DNA from: Candidatus Eremiobacteria bacterium
GTDB taxonomy: Bacteria > Vulcanimicrobiota > Vulcanimicrobiia > Vulcanimicrobiales > Vulcanimicrobiaceae
Direction of reading: 5' to 3'
Assembly (NCBI GenBank): GCA_963758295.1
Contig: CAVWUU010000004.1
Coordinates: 1,056,001-1,120,000, forward strand
Length of the DNA: 64,000 nucleotides
Part shown: one piece after another, positions 1 to 11,192 of the stretch
How the letters are laid out: every line of letters begins with the position of its first letter
Position numbering within the stretch: the first letter of the stretch is position 1
The notes under the pieces: model-generated
Databases searched by the model: none
The model's input: only the letters and a program-made list of their open reading frames with translations
What the model was told of the DNA's origin: nothing
Made by a program: the position numbers and the translations under genes

Positions 1-139
1 CCTGTGGATCGAGCGTGCCAAGATGCCCCGCGGCGATGTGCCTGTCGCGTGAGTAGACACCGTAAATGCGTCGCAGCCGCGCGACGATTTGCGCCGACGT
101 CGGACCAGCGGGCTTAAAGACGTTGACGAAGCCGAGCAT
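1..139 (-). CDS. truB: tRNA pseudouridine(55) synthase TruB, N-terminal part (runs off window)
   Basis: Manual translation MLGFVNVFKPAGPTSAQIVARLRR...AGHLGTLDP matches the TruB KPxGxTS and GHxGTLDP motifs; lies downstream of rbfA/nrnA. Confidence 0.93.
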   Translation of the reverse strand, partial: MLGFVNVFKPAGPTSAQIVARLRRIYGVYSRDRHIAAGHLGTLDPQ

Positions 140-143
140 CAAT

Positions 144-401
144 TTATGAGGGCGGTACCATGCGGACTTCTTTGCGCACCGCGCCGATGATGCCGAGCGT
201 TCCGCCCGCTACGAGCAAAACGATCGCCGCTATGCCGGCGCCAAGAAGATGCGAAAAGATCCACGCCAAGAACGCCAGTCCGCCAAGCGCCATGAAAATG
301 TACGCGGCACGCGTGAAGTGCGCGTTCGGGAAACGAACGTAAAGCAGCCACGCTCCGAGAGCTCCGAAGACAAAGAGAAAGAGCGCGGCTACAAGGGTCA
401 C
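144..401 (-). CDS. Small membrane protein (about 3 TM segments)
   Basis: 85-aa hydrophobic ORF overlapping the nrnA stop codon. Confidence 0.7.
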   Translation of the reverse strand: MTLVAALFLFVFGALGAWLLYVRFPNAHFTRAAYIFMALGGLAFLAWIFSHLLGAGIAAIVLLVAGGTLGIIGAVRKEVRMVPPS

Positions 402-1381
402 AAGTTTTGCGCTACGAGCGCGGCTTCAACCGCGACGAACGCATCCTTCAGCGTTCCGTGAAAGGTGAGCCCCGACGCGCGAAAATGTCCGCCGCCGCCG
501 AGCGAAGAGGCGGCAGCCTGAACGTTGACGCGGCCATTCGAACGCAGGCTAACGCGAATTTCGCCTTCGTACGCTTTGAACAACGCCGCAACCTCAACGC
601 CTTCTTGGCCGCGCAGGGTGTTCACCACATCTTCGGTGTCTTCGCCGTCGCCGCCGGTTTCTGCGAACATCGCGTCATCGACGTACGAGTAGCAGTACCG
701 GCCGTCGCGAGCAAATTGCATTTCGTCGATAATGCGTCCCAGCAGTCGCGTTGCCGCGATCCGCTTATTGGCAAAGATTTCTTCGGTGATCAATTCCTTG
801 TCGGCCCCGGCGCGCATCAATTCGGCCGACATCTCGAGCACTTCAGGCGACGTGTTTGAATGCATGAACCCGCCCGTGTCCGTCATGATCGTCGTGAGAA
901 TGCACGTCGCAATCTTCTCATCGATTTCAATATCGAGACCGCGGAGGAGATGCATGAGCGTCGTGCCGGTCGAGCATTCAGTTGGAATGACATAGTTCAG
1001 CGCGCCGAAATGCGAGTTCCCCAGATGATGGTCGATGTCGAGCATGTTCGGACGCTCGACGCGCGGCAAGAATTCTCCGGCGCGAGTGAAGTCGCTCATG
1101 TCGCAAAAAACATAGAGCGTGTCGGGCGGCAAATCCGCCGGAAGCTCACGCGAAACGAATTCCGCGTCCGGCAAAAAGCGCAGATTGCGCGGCACCGGAT
1201 CCTGTTGGAAGTAGGCGACGCGTTTCCCAAGGCGCTTGAGCGCGATACCGAGAGCCAGGCCGGCACCGAGCGTGTCGCCGTCGGGCTTTACGTGGCTGAC
1301 CATGACGAACGCGGGGCGGCGCCGGAGTTCGGCGACGACTTCTTCCGTCGTGGAACTCGTGGGCGTGCGGCTTTCGATCAT
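398..1381 (-). CDS. nrnA: DHH/DHHA1 phosphoesterase (NrnA-like oligoribonuclease/pAp phosphatase)
   Basis: HVKPDGD, IDHH, TDTG and GGGH motifs; position after rbfA. Confidence 0.9.
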   Translation of the reverse strand: MIESRTPTSSTTEEVVAELRRRPAFVMVSHVKPDGDTLGAGLALGIALKRLGKRVAYFQQDPVPRNLRFLPDAEFVSRELPADLPPDTLYVFCDMSDFTRAGEFLPRVERPNMLDIDHHLGNSHFGALNYVIPTECSTGTTLMHLLRGLDIEIDEKIATCILTTIMTDTGGFMHSNTSPEVLEMSAELMRAGADKELITEEIFANKRIAATRLLGRIIDEMQFARDGRYCYSYVDDAMFAETGGDGEDTEDVVNTLRGQEGVEVAALFKAYEGEIRVSLRSNGRVNVQAAASSLGGGGHFRASGLTFHGTLKDAFVAVEAALVAQNL

Positions 1382-1749
1382 GCTCCCTCCTCTTCGGTCG
1401 CGCGACGCCGTTCGGCGTCTTCGCGGAGCGTCTTTGCGAGCGCAATAGCGCGCTCGGTGGAGCGATCTTCTATGAAAATCAATTCCGGCGTGTGACGCAA
1501 GTCGATACGGTGTCCCAGCTCTCCGCGAAGAAACTTCGCCGCGCTTCCCAGCGCATCGAGCGACTGCCGCGCCACGTGACGGTCGCCGATGATCGACACG
1601 AATACCTTGCAGTGCTGCAGATCGTCGGAGACTTCCGCGCGCGTCACCGTGACGAATCCCAGTCGCGGATCCTTCAACTCTTGCGTTATCAACGTCCCGA
1701 GAATCCGCTGGATCTCGTGATCGATTCTAGCTAATCTTTGCGATTTCAT
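1378..1749 (-). CDS. rbfA: Ribosome-binding factor A
   Basis: LKDPRLGFVTVT...VSDDLQHCKVF...LRHTPELIF; downstream of infB. Confidence 0.95.
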   Translation of the reverse strand: MKSQRLARIDHEIQRILGTLITQELKDPRLGFVTVTRAEVSDDLQHCKVFVSIIGDRHVARQSLDALGSAAKFLRGELGHRIDLRHTPELIFIEDRSTERAIALAKTLREDAERRRATEEEGA

Positions 1750-1776
1750 AATTTATGGAAATTAGGGCAGCGCCGC

Positions 1777-1838
1777 CGAACCGAGGCACATACCGGCATA
1801 TCCGATATGCGCCTGTGGTTCGACAAGCTCACCATGAC
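1777..1838. repeat. Dispersed palindromic (REP-like) repeat copy
   Basis: gcgcctgtggttcgacaagctcaccatgac resembles the 41.6-41.9 kb array unit, and an imperfect inverted arm (cgaaccgaggcacata) precedes it. Confidence 0.65.
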
Positions 1839-1840
1839 GT

Positions 1841-4688
1841 TTAGGCGCGTGCCAGTTCGGGCGCGACCTTCTCCGTTGTGTAGGCTTCGATGATGTCGCC
1901 ATTTTTGAGGTCCTGGAACTTGGCGATTTGGATACCGCACTCGAAGCCCTCGGCGACTTCCTTGACGTCGTCTTTGAAGCGGCGGAGCGATTCGAGTTCG
2001 CCGGTGAAGACCACCGCGGCGTCGCGGACGACACGCACGTTTGCGTTGCGCAAGATCTTGCCGTCTTTGACGTAACAGCCGACGATCGTGCCGACCTTCG
2101 AGACTTTGAAGACTTCACGGACTTCCGCGTGACCGAGCGTGACTTCACGTTCGATCGGCGCAAGCATACCGGTCATAGCCTTCTTCAGATCTTCTTCGAT
2201 TTCGTAGATGACCTGATAGAACCGTAAATCGACGCCTTCGTTGTCGGCTAAACGTTTCGCCGTTTCGTCCGGACGAATGTTGAAGCCGATGAGCACGGCA
2301 TTCGACGCGCTCGAAAGGTTGACGTCGTTCGGCGAGATCGCGCCGACGCCGCCGTGAATGACGCGCACGTCGACTTCTTCGGTCGAGAGCGACTCCATTC
2401 GCGAGCGCAACGCTTCGAGCGAGCCTTGGCCGTCGGCCTTGATGATGATGTTGAGCGACTTCTTGCCTTCGGTTGGCATCGACATAAACGTCTCGAGCGA
2501 AACCCGTTGGTTGCCCGGTCCGGCGATGCGAACGTCGCGGCGGCGAACGGCGCGCTTTTCGGCCGTTTCGCGTGCAACGCGTTCGTCGCTGACAACCATT
2601 AGCGTGTCGCCTGCGGAGGGCACGTCTTGCAAGCCCATGATCTCGACCGGAATAGAGGGACCGGCCTTCTTCACTTGCTTGCCCTTGTCGTCGAGCAGCG
2701 CGCGGACTTTACCGAACGTTCCGCCCACAACGATGATGTCGCCGACGCGCAGCGTTCCGTTTTGTACGAGCACCGTAGCCACCGCGCCGCGACCCTTGGA
2801 GAGCTGCGATTCGATGACGACGCCCGATGCACGGCGTTGTTTATTTGCGCGAAGTTCCTTGATGTCGGCTTCGAGCAGCACCGTGTCAAGCAACGATTCG
2901 ATGCCCTCGCCGTTTCGTGCCGAAACGGGAACCATTTCGATCGTGCCGCCCCAGTCGACCGGCTGCAAACCATTTTCGACCAGCTGTTGCTTCACGCGAT
3001 CGGGCTGTGCGTCTGCTTTATCCATCTTGTTGATGGCAACCACGATTGGCACGTTTGCTGCTTTGACGTGAGCGATGGCTTCCTTCGTTTGCGGCATGAC
3101 GCCGTCGTCGGCTGCGACGACGAGGATCGCGACGTCGGTAACCTTCGCACCACGTGCACGCATTGCCGTGAACGCTTCGTGACCCGGCGTATCGATGAAC
3201 GTGATCTTGCGATCGTTCCGCTCGACGGTGTACGCGCCAATCTTCTGCGTGATGCCGCCCGCTTCGCCGGCCGCGACGTTCGCGCGACGAATCTTGTCGA
3301 GCAACGACGTCTTACCGTGGTCGACGTGGCCAAGCACGGTAACAACCGGCGGACGCGCCGTGAGCATTTCGGGTTTGTCTTCCTCTTGCTCGACGGTAAC
3401 TTCTTCGCCCGCTTCTTTGACGACCGCGTTGAAGCCGAACTTCTTCGCAACGTTAATCGCAATGTCGCTCGAAATGTTCTGATTGATCGTTGCCATCGTA
3501 CCGGTCTTGATGAGCTCGGTGATGACGTCTTTGACCGGAACGATCATCGAGGTTGCAAGTTCTTGCACCGTCAAAAGATCGGGGATCTCGATCGTTTCGA
3601 GCTGACGGACAGGCGCGATGTGCGCCGCGTCGGTCTTTTTCTTACGCTGCCGCTCTTTGTCGAGCAGCAGTTCTTTCTCGCGATCTTTTTTCGCCGCCGC
3701 TTTATCCTCGTGCGAACGCGCGCGGTCGCCGGGACGGCCGCCGCCCGAAGACGGAGCCGGACCATCGGTTACGGACGGCGCAACGCCCGGGCGAGCCGGC
3801 ATCGGACGCTGGCCCGGAGCGAGCGGACGGAAAGGACCATTACCGGCGGGACGGCGTTGTCCGGGCGGGGTGAGCGGACCGTTGCCGCGCTGAGCCGGTG
3901 CCACGGGGCCTTTGCCGCCCTGGCCGGGCAACGCTTGGCCCGGGCGCGGCGCAACGCCCGGACGGCCCGGAACGCCGGTCGCAGGACCGGGCGACGCTGA
4001 GACGGCCGTCGTGGGAGGCGGCGGGCGGCGCACGATGGACGATTGTCCGTGCGGGACCGGTTGAAGACGCGGAATAGGTACTTCGGGCGCGGCAGCGCGC
4101 GGGTGCCGGAGGCGCAGCGACAGGGCGCGCCGGAGCAGCCGGCCGTACGGCTTCCGGCTGACGGATAGGCGGGGCAGCAGGAGCAGGCGCCGATGCCGTC
4201 TCCAGCTCGGCCGTCGGCGGCGGCGGCGTCACAACATCAGCTACCGGTTCGGTCGCAACGGCGGGTTTCGCCGGCGCCTTCGGGGCAGGGCGCGGCGGAG
4301 CCGCCGGGCGCGACGAGCTCGCAACCGGCTTCAAACGTTGAACGGGTTCGGCCGGCTTCGGGGCTTCCGGCGCGAGGGCAGCCTCTTCGGGGGCCGCGGG
4401 AGCGGCAGCAACCGGCGCAGCCGGCCTCTTCACCGCCGGTTTGACCTCGCCGTTGGCCGGTGGCGCAGCCGCAGCGGCAGCCTTCGGCACCGCAGCTTTC
4501 GGCGCCGCGGGCTTGAGCAGAACGCCACGAACCAGATCCGCGATCGGATCCGGCACGACGCTCAATTGATTTTTTGCTTCGAAAACGTCGCTCAGCCGCT
4601 CGTTGAAGAGGGTGATCAACTCTTTAGACGTTAGCCCGACTTCTTTTGCGAGCTCAAAAACACGAACCTTACTGGTACTCGTAGCCAT
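1841..4688 (-). CDS. infB: Translation initiation factor IF-2 (one frameshift near 4095-4100)
   Basis: N-terminal [12 protein letters not shown] in ORF 3840-4688; GTPase motifs [16 protein letters not shown] and NKMD in ORF 1841-4033; frames join in the Pro/Ala-rich linker. Confidence 0.95.
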
Positions 4689-4699
4689 TCATTCCCCGA

Positions 4700-4850
4700 A
4701 GTGCAGGGCAGGTGCTAGCCCCACACAGATTAGAGAGGCACTTCGCTCGTTTCGTCGAGCCGCGCGCCCCTCGCGCATTCAAGTCTTGCGCGAGGCCCCT
4801 AACCGTCGGAGAGTTGCCTCGCTACTTCGTCAATTTGCTGCCCTCTTAGA
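4700..4850 (-). promoter_or_regulatory. Putative structured RNA leader of infB
   Basis: Nested inverted repeats 4705-4711/4838-4844, 4735-4740/4815-4820, 4769-4777/4787-4795 and 4745-4749/4756-4760; no credible ORF. Confidence 0.45.
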
Positions 4851-4888
4851 GAGCATGTGTATTATGCATTTTCATCGCATTTTGGTTC

Positions 4889-5140
4889 TCACGAACTACT
4901 TATTAAACCATATTTAGCCGCATTGGATGCAAGCCCCGGGTATCGGCGATTGCCGGCGGCCCGGGCCGCACATTCTGCGGAACACAGGTAAGCGCCTCGC
5001 CCGGGAAGTTTTTCACGGCTGCCCGGCTCATCGGCCAGCCAGCCGGCCTCCTGCCGAACGAACCGCCGCAACCGGCACTGTTCGAACTTTTTCCGGCAGC
5101 CGACACACGTGCGAAGCGGAACGTGCTTACTCTTCGCCAC
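4889..5140 (-). CDS. ylxR: YlxR/RnpM family RNA-binding protein
   Basis: HVPLRTCVGC...GRGAYLC; located between nusA and infB. Confidence 0.9.
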   Translation of the reverse strand: MAKSKHVPLRTCVGCRKKFEQCRLRRFVRQEAGWLADEPGSREKLPGRGAYLCSAECAARAAGNRRYPGLASNAAKYGLISSS

Positions 5141-6359
5141 CCAGCCGCTCGCGGCGGAACTCCTCGAGACGCCGGATCAGCTCCGGATCGATTCCGCCCG
5201 CGCCTTCTGCGGGTTCGGCCTCGCCTTCCTCGATTTCGACTTCTTCGGTTTCAACCGCGGCCGGAACTTCTGCCATGGTGCGTTCGGCGCGCTCGGCCAA
5301 ATAACGTTCGCGCGCTTCATCGGCTTCGCTCTCGCTCGCAATGTCCAAGCGCCACTCCGTGAGACGCGCGGCAAGGCGCACGTTCTGGCCTTCGCGGCCG
5401 ATCGCCAGCGAAAGCTGGTAATCCGGAACGACGACAAGCGCAACGCCGTCGTCGGCGAAGAGCTCGACCGAAATCACCTTCGCCGGTGCGAGCGCGTTCA
5501 TGATGAATGTCTCGGGCTCGGCGTCGTAACGAATAACGTCGATCTTCTCGCCGCGCAGATTATCACTGACGTTGGCGATGCGGCTCGACTTCGGGCCAAG
5601 ACATGCGCCGATCGGATCGACTTCGGCGCGCAGGCTGCGCACGGCAACTTTCGAGCGGCTTCCGCCTTCGCGAGCGATTGCCATGATCTCGACGATGCCG
5701 TCGGAGATTTCCGGCACTTCCAACTCGAGCAGCCGCTGAACGAGGCCTTCGGCCGCGCGCGAGAGCACGACTTGCGGGCCCTTGGGCGACTTGCGCACGT
5801 CGAGCACGTACGCGCGAATGAAGTCGTTGATGCGGAAGACTTCGCCGGGGACCTGTTCCGAAAGCGGAAGAATCGCTTCGTCGCGGCCTTCGAGCAGCAC
5901 GTACATGTTGCGCTGTTCGTACCGCTGTACGCTGCCGGTAACGAGGTCGTTCATCTTGCGCGCGTACTTGTTGAAAACCGTATCGCGTTCTGCTTCACGA
6001 ATGCGTTGAACGATGACTTGTTTCGCGGTCTGGGCGGCGATGCGTCCGAACTCTTTCGGCGTGACTTCTTCGTCGAAGAAATCGCCGGGCTGGTACGGCT
6101 CTCCGGCCTGCTTCGTTGAGATTTCGAGTTTCGAATCCTCGACAGTCTCCACCACGTTGCGGCGATGGAAAACGCGGTACTCGCCCGTAACGCGATCGAC
6201 GATCACGATGGCGTTGGCTTCACTGCCATAGTGGCGTTTATACGCCGTAAGCAATGCCGCTTCCAACGCTTCCAACAGCATCTCGAATGGAATGTTGCGT
6301 TCCTTCGAAATGAACTGCAGGACGTCTAAAAGTTTTTCATCAGCTGCGGGTTCTGCCAT
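5127..6359 (-). CDS. nusA: Transcription termination/antitermination factor NusA
   Basis: FGRIAAQTAKQVIVQRIREAER, S1/KH domains, QLSLAIGREGQNVRLAA; likely start at MAEPAA. Confidence 0.97.
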   Translation of the reverse strand: MAEPAADEKLLDVLQFISKERNIPFEMLLEALEAALLTAYKRHYGSEANAIVIVDRVTGEYRVFHRRNVVETVEDSKLEISTKQAGEPYQPGDFFDEEVTPKEFGRIAAQTAKQVIVQRIREAERDTVFNKYARKMNDLVTGSVQRYEQRNMYVLLEGRDEAILPLSEQVPGEVFRINDFIRAYVLDVRKSPKGPQVVLSRAAEGLVQRLLELEVPEISDGIVEIMAIAREGGSRSKVAVRSLRAEVDPIGACLGPKSSRIANVSDNLRGEKIDVIRYDAEPETFIMNALAPAKVISVELFADDGVALVVVPDYQLSLAIGREGQNVRLAARLTEWRLDIASESEADEARERYLAERAERTMAEVPAAVETEEVEIEEGEAEPAEGAGGIDPELIRRLEEFRRERLGGEE

Positions 6360-6861
6360 GTGTCTTCCGTTCACGTTTATTGCGTTGTAAGTCGGCGCGC
6401 GGATCGTACTCCAGATTCGCCGATTTTATGGTTGCAATCGGGAGGGGCAGTTCGCCCGCATCCGTTTTGAGTACCACGTTTTCGCCGCGCAGTCCGACAA
6501 GCGTTCCGCGATGCGTTTTATTCCCGTTGATGGTTAGGGTCGTAATGACGCGCGCCGGTTTTCCGGCGAAGCGGTCGTAATCCGCGGGACGTACGAGCGG
6601 CCGTTCGAGTCCGGCCGATTCGACTTCCAATGAATAGTTGTCTTCGAAGCTGCCGAGCCGGTCGTTCAGCCGCTGTGCGATTCGCTCGCACAGTGTCAAG
6701 TCGACTCCGCCTTCTTTATCTAGCGTAACTGAAAACACGGTCATCGTGCGACGCGTTCTTGCCGCGTGCTGCACGATTTCAACGCCGGCGAACGCGCGGT
6801 CGTGCGCGATTGCGTCGAGCTCCCGCTCGAACGCCTCCACCAACTCAGACAGCGCGATCAC
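6340..6861 (-). CDS. rimP: Ribosome maturation factor RimP
   Basis: DKEGGVDLTLC...YSLEVESAGLERPL; first gene of the nusA operon. Confidence 0.93.
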   Translation of the reverse strand: MIALSELVEAFERELDAIAHDRAFAGVEIVQHAARTRRTMTVFSVTLDKEGGVDLTLCERIAQRLNDRLGSFEDNYSLEVESAGLERPLVRPADYDRFAGKPARVITTLTINGNKTHRGTLVGLRGENVVLKTDAGELPLPIATIKSANLEYDPRADLQRNKRERKTHGRTRS

Positions 6862-6897
6862 CCCCTTAAAGCAAGTTCTAGGCCCCTAACAACACAG

Positions 6898-6920
6898 AAG
6901 CGCGGGACCTGCCCACGCTC
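6898..6920 (-). promoter_or_regulatory. rimP leader hairpin
   Basis: Minus strand gagcgtggg-caggt-cccgcgctt hairpin about 40 nt upstream of rimP, resembling the GAGUGGG/CCCACUU rimP-leader motif. Confidence 0.6.
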
Positions 6921-6954
6921 ATCACGACTAACCTGAATCAAGAATACACGAAAA

Positions 6955-7202
6955 CGACGAGAAGCCGCAACCCTTACGTGGGTGCGGCCCCTTGTCTTGA
7001 ATTATCCATACTGTAGCGACTACGCGCCCCCGGAATACGTCCGGCAGCCGTCGGGCTCGAATATGCGCCCGTTATGCGCGTTCTTCGCTGGCTGTGTAGC
7101 CCGGTGGATCTTGCAGGTCCAACCGCCCTCCTTTGACTCAACTCGTTTGATGAGTCCGCAGCTATCGGGGTTTCTCCCGAACCCGGAACGTATCGTTCTG
7201 GT
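6955..7202 (-). ncRNA. Candidate structured non-coding RNA
   Basis: Upstream TTGAAG-17-TAGGAT promoter; closing stem atacgttccgg/ccggacgtat with several internal hairpins; 3' hairpin gccgcaccc/gggttgcggc followed by a pyrimidine tract. Confidence 0.5.
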
Positions 7203-7208
7203 GACTTA

Positions 7209-7237
7209 ATCCTACTCGGACAAATGTCGCACTTCAA
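7209..7237 (-). promoter_or_regulatory. Sigma70-type promoter
   Basis: TTGAAG (7237-7232), 17-bp spacer, TAGGAT (7214-7209). Confidence 0.6.
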
Positions 7238-7253
7238 GCGGGAATCACTTATA

Positions 7254-8618
7254 TCACGGCGACGGGGCAGGCGACACGGCGAAAGGTACGAGTTGTTTTT
7301 CACTGCACGGCGCGGATGCGCGCGTTTCAACCACCGGCGGTAATGTACCACCGGGTACGCCGCCGATTTGCGCGCCGTTATTATCGCCGATGTGCGTTCC
7401 GTACGGATGCATGAATCCGCCGGAATTCGTCTCGGGATAGCGTAGCATCCATCCGTCGCACATCGTCACCGGACCGTTGCGGTGCACGTTCGTCACCCAC
7501 ATTTTGATGCGCGCTTCGTGTCCGGTTCCGGTTTCTTCGAAAGTGTATTTCGTTGCAGCAACGATCTCCGGCGGAGGTGTCGGTTCCATGCTTGCGCCGA
7601 GAGCGATGTGCTGCGGATACTGTTTGTACGACGGCGTCACGGGATTGCTCGGTAACATCGCGCGCAGTTTTGCGTTGATGTCAATCGCCTTGCTTTGCGT
7701 TTTGGTTTGTGCTTTTGCCGGCGCCGGCAACGGCGTCGGTCGAACGTTCACCGGACGTGCGGGACCCGGCTTTGCTGTGGATGCGGCGGTGCCCGGACGC
7801 GGCCCCGGGGAAGACGCGCCGCTCGGCCCCGGGCTAGGCGCCGTCCCCGCGGTCTTTGCCACAGCGGCGGTTTGCGTCGGACTTGGGCTCGGCACGCCAG
7901 GATGGGTTATCGGAGACGGGCTGGCGCTTGAGGCGGGCACGGGCAAGGCCGACGGAATCGCGGACGCTTTCACCGCCACCACAACGGCCGTCGGTTTCGG
8001 ACTTGGGCTGGTCGCCGCAGGAGCCGGGGTCTGAGGCCGCGCGGTCGGCGCCGCCGTCGGCGCCGCCGGTCTCGGCGTTGGGCTCGCGGTCGGAGGTGAG
8101 GTCGGGGCGGGAGTCGGTGCAGCCGTCGGCGGCACTTTCAACGTAACGGCGGAGATTTGGGCCGGCACCGGCGTCGGCACGGCCGGCAGCTCGTTCTGCG
8201 GCTTCGTTTCGTACGGAGCCTGTGTAGGCTGGACGTTGGGTTCGGGCGAGGCCTGCGGCAGCGGCGTCGGATTCGGCGGCGCGCTAGGCACGATCTTCGA
8301 AAGCTCCGGATGGGCCGGCGGCCGTTGCTGATGCGCGGGTCGCGCAAGCGGGCCATGTTGTACCGGCGCAATGCGCGGCGCGTTAGGAATTGGAACGGCC
8401 TGCGGCCCCTGGACCGGAACTTGCGCGACAGCCGGCGCGCGCTGCTCCAAGGTCACCAGTTCCGCACCGTTCACACTCTCGTTCGCTCCCTCTTGCGACG
8501 AGTTCACAACGACGGAAAACAGCAACGTGGCAAGAACCGCGTGAAAAATAAGCGACACGAGATAACTTCCCGCAAGTCGCTCACGGTAGCGCCGGTCCTT
8601 TGGATCGCGCTCGGCCAT
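7254..8618 (-). CDS. Membrane-anchored Pro/Ala/Thr-rich stalk protein with a TonB/TolA-like anchor
   Basis: N-terminal TM containing SLIFH (SxxxH), about 270-aa Pro-rich linker, small C-terminal globular domain. Confidence 0.75.
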   Translation of the reverse strand: MAERDPKDRRYRERLAGSYLVSLIFHAVLATLLFSVVVNSSQEGANESVNGAELVTLEQRAPAVAQVPVQGPQAVPIPNAPRIAPVQHGPLARPAHQQRPPAHPELSKIVPSAPPNPTPLPQASPEPNVQPTQAPYETKPQNELPAVPTPVPAQISAVTLKVPPTAAPTPAPTSPPTASPTPRPAAPTAAPTARPQTPAPAATSPSPKPTAVVVAVKASAIPSALPVPASSASPSPITHPGVPSPSPTQTAAVAKTAGTAPSPGPSGASSPGPRPGTAASTAKPGPARPVNVRPTPLPAPAKAQTKTQSKAIDINAKLRAMLPSNPVTPSYKQYPQHIALGASMEPTPPPEIVAATKYTFEETGTGHEARIKMWVTNVHRNGPVTMCDGWMLRYPETNSGGFMHPYGTHIGDNNGAQIGGVPGGTLPPVVETRASAPCSEKQLVPFAVSPAPSP

Positions 8619-8687
8619 TACGACGCTTTAATGCTGTTAACTATGCGCAGGAGCCTGCCGCCGGAGACGCGCATGGCAGAGGCGATC

Positions 8688-10121
<1,434 letters not shown>

Positions 10122-10152
10122 CCGGATGCCTGCAACGCTTGATCCGAGAGCG

Positions 10153-11184
10153 TTACTGGGATAAGAGCTCGAGTGGAGAGGCGGCCTCCGAGACGTAGAG
10201 CTGATTCATGGTGCATTGGCGCGGCGCTTTATCCGGGCGCCAGCGCAGGAGCTTCGTACCGTGCCGGAATCTATTGCCGGTGACGTGATCGTACTGCACT
10301 TCGACAACGAGTTTGGGAGCGACGGGAAACCACGGCTCCTCGGTCGCTTTCCAGCGGCTCGGACCGCCCGGCGCCGAACCGGTAAAGCCCGGCGGTTTTT
10401 CGATCTCGCGCAACTGCTTTAGCAGCGGGCTCCGTTCGCGCGTCGTGAATCCCGACGTGAAACCGACGTGATTTAGTAATCCCTCGTCGTCGTACATGCC
10501 AAGAAGCAACGATCCGACGCCGGTTTTATCTTTATTGAGGCGATAGCCGCCGATTACGCAATCCGCGCTTCGCAAATGCTTGATCTTCATTGCCGCGCTG
10601 CGAATGCCGGCGGCATAAGGCAAGTCCATTCGCTTTGCGACGACGCCGTCGAGCGCGTTGCCGACGTGCGCGAACCAACGATCGACGACGGCCCGCTCGG
10701 CGCTTGCCGGTGAAAGCCGGATCGCTTCGCCTTTGAACTGCTTTTGCGCGAAGGCTTCGAGTAACGGACGGCGGTCGCGAAGCGGCGTTCCCGTTATGTC
10801 GCCGGCGTCTTCGTCAACCAGCAGATCGAAGACCACGTACGTTGCGGGCGTTTCGACGGCGAGCCGCTTTACGCGGCTCTCCGCCGGATGAATTCGCTGC
10901 AAGAGCGCGTCGAAATCGAGTTCACCACCGCGATCGATCATCAGCTCGCCGTCAAGCACGAAACGCTTCGCTTTGAGCTTCTTCAGCTTCTCGACGACTT
11001 CGGGAAAGTACCGCGCGAGCGGCTGCGCCGATTTCGATTGCAAGAAGACCTCGCCGCCGTCGCGGAAGGCCAAGCATCTGAAGCCATCCCACTTCGGTTC
11101 GTATTGCCATTGCGGGCCGTCCGGAATGTGCTCCGTCTGAGTACATTCCATGGGCGCGAACGGCGGCTCGATCGGAAGCGCCAT
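10153..11184 (-). CDS. ATP-dependent DNA ligase (LigC/LigD ligase type)
   Basis: YEPKWDGFR adenylation motif, VLDGEL, GVVAKR, C-terminal RFRH...RWRPDK OB domain. Confidence 0.92.
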   Translation of the reverse strand: MALPIEPPFAPMECTQTEHIPDGPQWQYEPKWDGFRCLAFRDGGEVFLQSKSAQPLARYFPEVVEKLKKLKAKRFVLDGELMIDRGGELDFDALLQRIHPAESRVKRLAVETPATYVVFDLLVDEDAGDITGTPLRDRRPLLEAFAQKQFKGEAIRLSPASAERAVVDRWFAHVGNALDGVVAKRMDLPYAAGIRSAAMKIKHLRSADCVIGGYRLNKDKTGVGSLLLGMYDDEGLLNHVGFTSGFTTRERSPLLKQLREIEKPPGFTGSAPGGPSRWKATEEPWFPVAPKLVVEVQYDHVTGNRFRHGTKLLRWRPDKAPRQCTMNQLYVSEAASPLELLSQ

Positions 11185-11192
11185 CTATCTAT

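Noticed and set aside
2627..4000. Long antisense ORFs (for example 2627-4000, 11196-12455, 50820-52106, 54018-55064)
   Set aside because: Shadow frames opposite well-supported genes in high-GC DNA, with no recognisable motifs.
4033..4110. Programmed frameshift or split infB
   Set aside because: No slippery heptamer is seen; a single indel in a GC-rich run is best explained as sequencing error, like others in this contig.
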